Source: Tubiluchus corallicola (Eukaryota > Animalia > Priapulida). From it: a DNA stretch of 64,000 nt. This document shows positions 26,301 to 38,600 of the stretch, one piece after another; within the stretch, counting starts at the first letter, position 1, and each line of letters starts with the position of its first letter. The stretch spans positions 62,001 through 126,000 of the forward strand of contig JAQGDQ010000074.1 of NCBI GenBank assembly GCA_030141605.1, read 5' to 3'. The notes under the pieces were generated by a model. The model saw nothing but the letters and a program-made list of their open reading frames with translations, searched no databases and had not been told where the DNA came from. The translations under genes and the position numbers were made by a program.

Positions 26301-28426
26301 GTGGAATGGTATTTCTGGGTTTCAAGATTGCTTTCATTGAAGGCTCAAGTTTTTCGAAATACACCCGAATAACTTCAATTTTCAGTGCAGAACGTTTTCA
26401 TTTGTGCAGGTTTGGAAGACGCATTCCGCTGTGTATATATGAAATACTTGCTGGCGTGCCATTATTTATCATCTTTTTCATTCCACATGTGACAGGTAAA
26501 TGACTCACTTAAATGTTTTCTATCAAACATTCTCAAAATTGTAATAATGTAATAATAAAGAAGAGAACGGTAGCTTGTATTTAGAGAGCAAAACTCTTTG
26601 CAGTTACTAAGCTACCGAATTATATTATAGAATGTGGAAAGTGAATCGAAAATACATTATTGGCCTCCCAGGTTGTTCGGGCAATGAGACAAGTTCGATG
26701 TAAAAAGTTTGATGAATAATTTTGAACTCTTTTGCATAAAGTTGGCCAGATGAGTGAAACAAAATGACCGACAAACAAAAATTGTGACTGGATGCGTGAA
26801 GTTTCAGCTAAACGGCCAGCCCAGATGTCCAGCACAAAAGTTTGGCTTGTTTTTAAATTTGTCCAAAATGCTTGATAAACCTGGTTTAAAGATAATCTAA
26901 GATGTCACTGTACTGTGGTGTTGCTTATGATTAAATTTCTAAACTAGATGGCACTAAGCAGATGGTAAAAAACTGATAAATAGGATTATAATCTGAGTTA
27001 GCTTCTGATTTTTAACATTTACCTCTCTGAAGGAGAAATTCTTTCACCGTGTTGACATTTATCAATACATTTAACACTTGTGAAACTTAATTACTCCTTT
27101 TGATAATTTTTTTCTGACGACAGGATCAGGAGTTGATTTGACACCATTGATCACAACTCTAACTCTGTTAGGGAAGTTGGGTATAACTGCAGCGGCTAGT
27201 GGCATGCATTTAATAACAGCCGAAATTTACCCAACCGTTGTCAGGTAGGTAAGCAATGTTTTACCATGTGAAGGAAATGGTCAGAATATAAAACCGTGAA
27301 TGTGACGCACAACAACTACTTTTAATAGTTATCCATAGCTAGAAGAACGCAATAGGTATCAGTATTGGTATTTTGACTGGCCATAATGCTTGAGAGATGG
27401 ACAGGCTCATGGAAGTAACTCGATCACAGACTTTATACACAGTCACACACATGCATATGTACACACATGATTTAAATTCCATAATTTGCATATAAAATTA
27501 CGTGTTATTGATTTTTGTTAGTTCTTGATCAATGGTTTTATCTTGGTGGTGTGCTTCAGACTATAGAACTTAGGATATCAGACATGACTCTCTTAAATGT
27601 ACCATCCTAGACTGCGTTTTTGCTTAAAATTCCCAATATAACTTGCAGTTAGTAAATGACACACTTGCCTTTTGTCAAACCTAGTCAACCTTTAAAAAAC
27701 CTAAGTTTTAGGACCTATAAGCTTGTTAAACTTTCCATGGTGGATGTTGTTCAATTATTTCCAGGTGCAGGTCTTGTTTTGCACATTTTTAAAACAATTT
27801 TTTCCATTTTACAGGAATACAGGACTGGGATTTTCAGCATTTATGGCACGAATAGCTGCAATGCTATCACCATTTACAGTATATTTTGTAAGTGCTTACA
27901 TTTATGTCTTGAAATAAGCTTTACTTACATTTCTTTTTTATTTTTGTTGTTTTCCCTTCTGTCTTGTTCCACTTTTTATTGCTCACATTCTTATCCTGCC
28001 ACTGTGCCTTGCAATCTTTCCAGTCCTTTCTTACAATGTAATAACAACAAAATGGAATGTGAAATAGAAAAATGGAAACAGTTGATGATCATGATGGTGA
28101 TGATAACAGAATGATGGTGGCTGTATCAATGACAATTATGAAGAATGAGGGTTAATCAAAAATGTAAAAATATGCAGTATCCTAGTGACAATAAGTAATG
28201 AAGGTTTCCAACCTTTCAGATTGAAGTTGCGGGTGCCAAAGTCCAACTCATGTTTGGCGTTTTTGGACTAGTCAGTGCTGCTATATTTATCTGTCTACCA
28301 GAAACAGCTGACATGCCTTTGATGGAGACTTTAGACGACTTTCATGAATTGAAGAAGAAAAATAGAATTATTCCTAATCAGTCCTCTACAGTTGAGATTA
28401 CCGATGAAACGACGGTTATGCTGTGA
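20309..28426 (+). CDS. SLC22-family transporter, paralog B, 10 exons, 561 aa
   Basis: Exons 20309-20704, 21666-21896, 23233-23429, 24004-24109, 24524-24657, 25954-26088, 26410-26495, 27124-27244, 27815-27887, 28220-28426. All GT-AG; total 1686 nt in frame; same intron positions and phases as paralog A. Motifs: WDLVCD, LSDAFGRR, LPESLHW, GLVEIPAY, AEIYPTVVRNTG, LPETADMPL. Confidence 0.93.
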
Positions 28427-31400
28427 AACTGATGATGATGTAAAAACTGTAAAAAATATTTATATAAAACGAATTTGACAGAAATACGGCAGGAGTTATC
28501 TCAGTAAATGATGTTGATATTATGCATGCATGATGAATGCTGATTTTCACAGTCTTGGCAATATTCAACACTTAGGCTACCTCGCTTATAGTAACTGATC
28601 TACAACTGAGCAATAGTGGTTTTTCAGTATCACTCTATTACTTTTCAAACATCAAACGAAAAAGTTTATCTGAGTTGCATCAGTTTACATGCCCTGAAAA
28701 ATTTCCGTGGCACATTCAGGCTTAAGTTAAAAGGTTTAACTTATTTTGCTATAGTATTTAACATTATTTAGGCCTAATATGTGTTTGGATGAATAAATTT
28801 TAACATGCGTTATCTATATCGTACATTTGCATTGCATTGAGTGGTTTTGTGAGTAAGAGATGAGTGTAGCGGTCAAGCACATAGGCAGACGGACAAACAG
28901 ATGGACGGATAAGTGAATGAGCAAGTGCTCAAATGAACAAGTGAGTGAAATAGATGAATGAAAGAAACAAGTACGTAATTATAAGGGTTATTTTTGCAAT
29001 TGTTGCCCACGAAAGAGCTGTATGAGTTTTATGATGGATTACATACGTAGTTTTGCATAGCCTACATCAGCAAAAATAGTCTACGCAATCAGTTGTTTGA
29101 AAATATCCATATAGGTCGCGGCCATGCAATGTGTTGATGTAGCTACACAAATTTTTCGAGTTTTATTAATATTTAAAATGCTAATGCGTTTTTATAAAAG
29201 TTCATATGATTGATGTTGTGTATTATACAAGATGTTGTTGGCTTTATATCGGCATTGTGTTTTTTTGTACGGCATGCAATTAAAAAATCTCTTTTTGCCA
29301 GTTGGTTATATTATAAAAATAACAACAAAGCGATACTATTATTATGTTGCCACATTATTATTAAACTGAACTACACCATTACCTGAACCATCATAGTTAT
29401 ATAATCGCGAAATATGTGTGAAGAAACTCAGCTCAAGGGTAAAATTATTTTTTGATTCTGGCTAGTGATTGGTTCAAACTGTTAATCATGTTAATTACTT
29501 ATTCGCACTACCCAACCCTAGTGCCGTATGCAAGGTATTCAAATAATGGTTATTATTTTTGTGACAGGACCAGAATCCAGTTAATTATCAAGAACAATCC
29601 TCTGAGATAAGAGGCTGGAACAGGCTTGTCATTACAGTGCCACTGCCACCACAGTGATCATTATCTGCACCGCAACTGCCATTAGCTATCATCACCTCTA
29701 CACCACTGTTGCATTGAAAGGCTATCACCAACACTTTACATTCATCGTTTGTCACCTTTATACTTTGTCTTCGTGTCCTTAAATTTTTAGTTTTTTTAAT
29801 TGTTTCATATTTTAGTTGCACAATCATAAGATCGCAACATCATTATTAATTTCGTCAATATGGGTCAATTGTAGATGACAGGTTTATTGAATTTTTTCTA
29901 GTGTTGTTGTTGCGACATCTGCATCATAGTCATCATCATTATCATCGCCATCGTCGTCATATTTCAAGATAAAGAATGTTTAATGTTATGAGTGTTGACA
30001 TTTATAAATATTGGTGATGCTGTTGACGCTTGTCGCTCTTTTTTAACACTTATTATTTGATATATTACTTGACTTCGCTGGCGCGTCTTAATAGTAATTG
30101 GGATGATCATTCGTGATACGTTGCTAATACACATTGTATGATTGCTAGATGCAGGTTGGTGAGTAGTGGGGCACTACGTGGCAAAAGCGATCATAATTGA
30201 TGTGAATTATAGGTGGGTTGAATGATCAGAGTGACATTTAACTAGTGGTTGGTTGGATTGGTGGTGGGCGTTGTCAAGGACGACGAGGACGACGATAACA
30301 ACAGTAGCAGCAGCAGATTATAACATTATAAAATTGCTTTTGTAAATTAATTATTAGCGGTTGCTGTCAAACGCATATTTGTCTGGTGTGGTTCTCGCTT
30401 GTCGCGTGTAATTTGAGTATCTATTTATTATGCAGTTTCATGAACTTTACAACTAAAGCTGCTATAAGTTATACAAATTGCATTTGATATTCGTCACCTT
30501 TTCCGAATATTCCACTCGGGCGATTTGCGGTAAATTGTACCATTTTGTAAAACAGACGGAAATACATAGGCTATTTGGTTAAAATGAATTTACGATTTTT
30601 TTCAATGGTGGCTGATATTAGTTTACCTCTGATCTCATTTTCTGTTGTACTATTTTGCTCCTGCATGTGTTTTACTTAATTGATTTGTCAGTTTTAAATA
30701 TTTAATTGTTTTAGTCTTTGAGGTTGAAGTTATCTTTCACGTGTATGAAATGCACTATCAAGTTTCTTCATCGTGACTTTGACATAAACGTTTGCCTTTT
30801 TGCAATTCTGCGATTAAATTGCTGGACAGTTGATTTTATTGATATGTTTCGCTATCTAAATTAGTTTTTAAATATCATCAGGCTTAAGAATAATTGAGCA
30901 AGCACAAAATTACTTTGGACTTGTCCATCTTTTTCTGAGATTACGTTGATCAAAGTTTTAAACCAGTTTTAGAGGTCACTAAACCAGTATTTGCTACTTC
31001 AATGTGCAATTTTGCTTCTTGTTATTTCCAGTTTCGAGTTTTGGCTTAGGAGGTGAGCCTCAAAATCAACTCTAAAATTTAACAGGCTCACTGCGCCACC
31101 TACATTGTCGTTTCTGCACTAAGCATTCTTTCAGTTGTGCCTTTAAAAACAGATCATTTTGCTATTTTAGACCTAATTTTTATTATAACCGTACCGCCTG
31201 TGTAAGTCATTAAGCTTTCATCACAGTTTTAAGTTTTAGCTAGAGTTTCGTCGCCATTAAATGAAAGACGTTTCTCATGAAATTTAACGTCTTGTGAAGC
31301 TTGTGCCAGCTCATTTGTCAAAACTGTTGTGTTGTTCCCGTAAACATTTCCGAGTTCAATATTGGCAACATGAAGGATTCCACTGCAGCTTTTAGCTAAA

Positions 31401-32627
31401 TATATTTAATATTAGTAAATGCCAATTCATGTACACCAGCCGTTGATTTAATTGATTTTACAGTTTTCTCACCGCTCAACACGGCAGTTTTTTTTAAAAC
31501 AAGTAATTTATGGATTCATATTCAGCAATATAGGCTTGACCCAGCAGTACCATTATACCCGTGACGCGCTACATACTGTTAGTCAGTTACTTTTCGAAAT
31601 GCTTTTTGGTACGAAATGTAAGTTAAATCAAAGCAATCAAAAGAATTGATTTAAATCATTAAAACAATTAAGACGTATTGTAAACACAAAGTTTTGTAGT
31701 AAATTCACAGTTCAAAATAATTAACTTAATAACAAAATAATAAATTAATATTTGGTAATTACGAGTATCAAGAACTATAGTTTCCACCTGAGATCATCTG
31801 AAATCAGTTAATCCGGTAGTGAGCTTGAGTGGCTCTTCTATGAAAGGTATCAAAATGTTATTTTTACGTTTGTCTTCCGTTTTAGTTTAACAGTCTTATT
31901 TATTAAATTTGCTAAAATCAGTTGATATAATGACCACTTATACATAGTAGCGGACAATAAACTAGCATTACGTTTTAGGTAATCTTCATCTTGTTACGAT
32001 GTAGTGCTTATTAATGTAATGGATTAGTGCTTGTTGATTAGGTTCATTTGCGCCTATATTATTAAAGATGTTGCCTTAATATCACTTTCGTGACTAAGAT
32101 TGCCGTAAGAAATCAAAACGTGATTTTATTTGCCGCACATTGCTTTTGCTCTTGCCGTTGCAGCAAGCGTGCTACAGATGCTATAGTGTGTTAGTTTTAT
32201 TTAGTTTTAATTTGCTAGTTGCAGCAAGTTATATCTACTTCTAGTAAAAATTTAGCAACAGAAAAAATGTCTTCACTAACACTATGATGACATGGAAAGC
32301 AACGGCGAAGGCAATGGAGATAGTAGCAATAACAAAAAACCACACAACAACAACAACAATAGGTGCCAATGAGAAAACCTTTGTTGGCTCGTTCAACGTT
32401 GGTTAACAAGCAAGACATGCGCACACGCTTGTTACTAAAGAGATCTATTTCGTCCACCTTATACATTTACTTTACAGGTAACTATAGATTTAGTTACAAA
32501 TCACCGGAGAAGCACGAAATGGGCAAGAATCATTAACCTTCTCCATAATGAGAATTTGCCTGTCGTCGGAATTGATAAAGGTGGAGAATTCCCGTAGCAC
32601 GTTATAGAAAGAGAGACCAGATGAACT

Positions 32628-35600
32628 ATGAAAATAAACACTTTAGTGAAAGTGTCAGTGATCTACACTGTGCTAATGGTAACACAGACACAGAGGGCGA
32701 GGTATTGCGGTACTCGCCTTGTCAACATGTTGAATCTTGTTTGTGGTTCAAGAGGACTAAACTATGACCTGCCACAGACTAAACGATCAGGTAAGATAGG
32801 AGTCACCAAAGAGTTACCTAAGTTCAAATTTGAGATCAAGTTAAATTTAAAAAGTAGTTTAGTTTTAAACGTTTAAACAACTAAGAATAAATAGAATTTG
32901 AACTCAGAACAATTCGTTAATAGGATCACAAATATTTCAATCAAGAAATCAATAAATCAATTTTGTTTAAGATGGCCAGTATGGTACTTAAAATTATTAT
33001 GTGATAAACAATTAGCTACTGTTATCCATTATAACCTTTTACATAATAATTATAACTCGTCTTATTAATTTTTGTTTTAAAACAATCGTTATTAAATGAA
33101 ACATAAAAGTTATAAAAAATACAAGTAGCAAAGTCAGTACATTCTGAACACATCAGTGCATTACCTTATCAATTACCTTTTGAGTAACTGTAGCACACGT
33201 TACAACGAAACGTGTAATAATCAGTGTGCAATTGCGATTACTTACGATAATTAAAATTTAAGAAAATTTCATCAATTTGATTTGTAACGGATATGAGCAA
33301 AGTCAAGTTACTTTGAGAATTGTGTTTGGCAATTAAACTCAGGTAAATAGATCAGCAAAAATTCATCTGCTGTCTTGAAACTGATCGCCACTTTTTTAAT
33401 TACCAAATAGATACAATTGGGCCAAACACATACTTTGATTATTAACAAAAACATAATTATTTCACCAAACAATCATTGTTAAAATTTTATTAAGATAAGA
33501 GAATGCAAAACAAAAACTCCGGAACCAACAGATTTCTTTATTCTTACTTAAGGGTTTGACAGGTACATAGAACATTTATAATGAAGAACGGGGCTTACGA
33601 TTTCATGGATGCGGTCTGCTTTTTTTACATTTTGCGTTTGCAACCAACGGTGGTACCCTATAGAGTTTTTGGTCTATTTGACTTAAAAGTTAAGACTATT
33701 CTGTCACACAGTTCGGGTGATTTAAAAGCTTTCGTGCATTTTTTTCTGTTTTGTGATCATATATATGATCATGCTATTTCATTTTTTATATTATGATCAT
33801 TCACAATTTTCTACATACTGGCAATGTTTACAAAAATTTTTAGTTTGTAACTTAATCATTAAAAATCTGTTTTACAGCAGAATCTTCTTGTTTTACCCCC
33901 ACTTTTCATTTTGTTAATCAGTATTTGAGCCTTTTTGTTTATTAGCTACCTCGCAAACGCACAGGGCTAGGTCACGAAGCTCATAGATTTATGATTATGT
34001 GTGACGTGACCCCCGGAAAAAGGTTACGAAAAAATACGGTTTCGTGTTATATCCTTAGGCTAGATAGCCCTCCACACTTTTTGAGTTACCGCCACAATTT
34101 TTGGTATGAGACTAGGCAGGGTCGAAATGTTGTGCGTAGCTGAAAACGTGCCTTTTGCGTGCTAAAACTTTTTTCGGTATGGTCAAAAACCAGGATGTCA
34201 TGAAATGTCTGCATAGAAGAAGTGAATGGTTGACCAATAACCAGATACCCACCACCAAAAACCCAAACACAACAAACCCACACACAAAACAAAACCAAAA
34301 CAAAAAAAACACAGGCAAATGACTCTTGACCCTGTTAGGGGGCAAAATCAAATTTCGCTGGGTCGGGGGTAAAAGTGCTTCTAGTGTCGAATAACAGCAG
34401 TTCGTAATGTCTCGATGAGAGGAACTGAATGGTATAAGTGAATATTAAAAATAATACCTAGTCCTATATTTCATTGAAAATTGATAATTAGTTGTAGTTT
34501 CATTCTTAGTGTAGTTAAAAAAGAACAGGTCAAATTGTTTTATGTAACTAGGCTTACAGAGTTTAGTTGAGTTTTACGATCACAGATGAGCCTGCTTCTA
34601 CATCATGGATTATGGCAGCACTTTTTGGGGTCTACAGTGTTTATTAGCCATTTAGATAAAACAACTCCTGAAGGAGGCTGAGGTTTGCATGTTTACATAG
34701 CTGTACATGGTAATACCATGTTATTTTGTTGTACCATGCCATCATATAATTGGTGTGAGTAATCAGCATAATTTATTAATATCTCCACGACCCATTTGCA
34801 TAATAATGATGCATTCTAATAGTATTTACTGTTACAAGTTAATAAATTTATAATGCATGTATAGCATTGGTTGTTAATCGTAACACTGCTGGCCAACAGT
34901 TTTGGCTTTTTCCATTTGGAAGACAAATGGTTTAACTGAGATTGACAGAAGGCGTCCTTGCTTAAAGAAGGAAAAGTTAAAAACTCCCTCGTTATTCAAC
35001 TGGTTACAGCTATTACATGTAGTAGTTCTGTTAAATTTTATTTATGTCATTTTAGATCATTTAAAAATATACATTTTGTAAAAGATAGAAACCAGCTTGT
35101 CCAAATATGTTTAGAGCTCTTGCGCTGTTCATTCTTAAAATCTGTAGGGTAAATTAACAACATATACATAATTATAGAACATAATAATACTACGTTTGAT
35201 TAAAAGTATGTATATACGGAGGGGATTTGATTTTTTAAAAGCAAGTGAAGATATAAGTCGTACTTCGGGACAGCATCCAGAAACCTAATCAAGCACCAAG
35301 CGGTTAAAATAACAATAGCGCAAGATATAACGACTTTATTGTAGTTGAACGTTGTAGTTGTAAAAGATATAAAATTGGCTGCTTACAACATTATTATCAA
35401 AGTTGTTCGACATACTGAGAATTTTATTTGTAAAAAAAGTTTTAGTGGAGTTAACACGAAGCGAATGTTAGCGTATTACCTGAGATGAGGGTGGATGACC
35501 ACTAACTTAATTTTGATTCATTAACTGATTTGATCTCTCATAATTGAAACTGATGGAGCAATTGCAGGATGATGGCAAACATGTATCTATAAAAGTCACT

Positions 35601-38600
35601 TAGGACTGATTTAAGTGGTCTGTTGGAACGATAACTTCGGTGATGTTGACGTTTTTTTATATTAGTGTGTTTACTGCAAATTAACGAGGTATGTCGAACT
35701 TTGATATTTTAAACACTTGTGCGTGGCTCTTAAGCAAACATACAATGAAGAATTTTACAAAGGCTTTTCTTTGGCTTTAGGCGATACGAAACATGTAATG
35801 AAAGTTGTATAATTTTGATGAAACATTTCTTTTGTGAGGTGACAGTGAAAAGCTAAACCGGGTTCATTGTTCAAAGCAGATGTGTATATATACATATAGA
35901 TGAAATTCAATACGCCTGTAGCGAAAAAAGTCAGGATGCAGCCGTGTACATTAAAAATAATGTGAAAGTAATTATTAATTGTTCATAAGGAAGAACTGCT
36001 TACACAAAACACATGTCACGCACTTGAAATATGATACAACGTATGAAGCCGACCGAATAAATCAGCTTCTGCAGCAAAAAGATAAATGCCCTATAGACCA
36101 GTGAGACTTAATTATTACAACTGAACTCAGAAAGTATGCACATCACGCCAGGCGAACTTAACAGGGTGGCACTTTTTTACACCGAGGTTCAACCTACATT
36201 TGGTTTGATTGATTTTTTTAAAATCAAATGATTTATTAAAGTTGCATAAAAATTCATTTTTAAGATGAGCGGTACTAATTTCCCCTGAACCAGGACATTT
36301 GAATTTTTATAAAAATTTGGTTATAGAGGTGCATAAAAATTGCAAGACCATATTTCGTAACAAGGATCATATATTTAGTTTTGTCAGAACTTTTTCAAGT
36401 GATAAAGTCAAAAAATTCTTAATACCAAGAATAATAACACTAACATTTAATGTTCAACAATGAAAACGTTCTATTTAAGCACTATAGCTATAAACAGTTG
36501 ATATCATCAGGCCTAATATGATCTGAAACGCTGCGTTTAATAAAGGTCACTTTATAATATTATTATCACTTTATTATTATAATATATAATAATAATAAAA
36601 TATTAAAGTAGTATGAGCCTTGCTTTTGATTATTAAATCTTCAATTGCGTCATTACTATTACACCTAAGCTCGACGAGAAAATTAGTAAACCTTCGGATA
36701 TGCAATCTAACGTATCTGTGGAAACATTATTGTATTGGCATTATCATATACAGATACACAAATATTATATCGCATTGTATAGCACATAATAATGCCAATA
36801 CTATAATGTTTATGTATGCGCATAATGTATAATAACAGTTATATATATATACGTATATATGTATATACTGTATATATGTATATGTATATATATATAACTT
36901 TTTAGACGTTTTGTCCAATTTTTTCCAAAAATTCTGTTGGAACATGCCTGTGATCGAGTCTGTTATAACGATTGGAAAATTTAGTTCTACACTATAGTTA
37001 TAGTATGATAAAAACTTATTAGATTTGTGGGATACCACCGAAGTCAGTCATTTGTTTTTTTTAATTTTACTTAAATGACATATATAAAAATGTTCGTGTG
37101 GTGTACATGGAAACTCACGTGAATGTGTGCGTGTCTTGTAGGGAATTTTATAGAAATTATTTGGGTTACAAGGCACAGGTTAGTGAATTTTACAAACACC
37201 TTTACCATGGCGAATGGCGATTGTATAGCTCCAAGTTTCAGATTGGAGACTTTTTGGGAATACTATAGGACGCAAAACCGTTGTTGATACCTCCTTAATT
37301 ATTAACAGCCGCACATAACCCTTGCTTATTACTTTGTAAATGCCAGCATCTTATGGCTTATTACCATCGTTAATAGGTAGAGCACAGAAAATATGACACA
37401 ACGTGGGATGTTGTCATATTGATTGACTGATTACAAAAATATTATTTTCAGATTAATATGAGTTTTGTTTTTGAGATAATTTTGCTGGTTCTGCCATGAC
37501 ATCGCCTACAGGCGGATGTTGTTGTTTATAATAATTGTCAAGTATATCTTGCGTTTAACAAATGTTCTTAAAAGGAACTCGATCTCTAGTTACCAAAATG
37601 AAGCATTTGTCACGTTTCCCCGATATAATGAGACATTTAATTTGTTTGTCTGGGCCCACCTACCTTACTCATTAATGTGTCAGAAATCGCACACGAAGAA
37701 CAAAATCTATAACAGGAAGCAAGCTATTTTAGTGAACTTCACGACTAGTGAACTCGTTTCCAAATCAAAAAGTTGAATATGTGCAACGGCAAGTTCCAAT
37801 TATTCATACATGTAAAAGCTAAAAAATGAGTTAAGTAACTTTTCGTCAATATTTTACAACGTAATAGCGAATCTGTTGCCAGCAATACAATGACATAGTA
37901 CGTTCTTATATTTTCGGATTATTTTAGCTACAGGCAGAATTAGTTGTTCATTCTCAGAATTCTCTTATACCGCGTAGAAAAGGTACTTGAAAGAGATACA
38001 GGTTATCATGTACGCTTTAGGCGGACCTGAGATCTAGGGATACGTTTTCCATCGTTCGTGTATTTACGCCAAGGCACGCCAATTCTTCGTCAGTAAAATG
38101 AATTGTTTAGATGATTGTTTAGTTGAGCAAAGAGATCAGACGAAGTACTTACAAACATACTTTTTCCAAAAAAAAAACTCAAACGACACGCCATCATCGT
38201 AATAAAAATCCCTAAGCGCTCGAATTTTAATATTAATGTTTTAATTAGTTGTTTATTTAACTCGGTGGCGCTTTTGTTAAAAAATTAATGCTTTTTTTCT
38301 AAAAAAATCTTTTCATTTACTTTTTTCAAGAAACTTGTAACGGTTGTTAACGCTAATACCGATATTAATACGTGATGAAAAATCACCACAGCAAAAGTTT
38401 CATCGTTTTGGCTTGACTGAGCAGTGTTTGATGTGCATGCCCTGATTTGCCTTATTAAATATTAAAAGAAGTTCATCGCAATATTTCTACCCCCGAGAAT
38501 ACGAAATGTGTCGCGGAAAGAATAAAACGGGAAAATAAAGTGACAAACCTTTTATTGCACGGAGGTTTCGTCACAATGTCGAGAAAACAGTAACTAAATA

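Noticed and set aside
29588-29827. Cys/Gly-containing ORF on -
   Set aside because: Degenerate trinucleotide (CAT/CAC) low-complexity sequence with no splice or family support.
32465-32483. AG|GTAA site as a recursive splice (ratchet) point; similar site near 61189
   Set aside because: More simply an ordinary acceptor or a chance match; the introns are short for recursive splicing.
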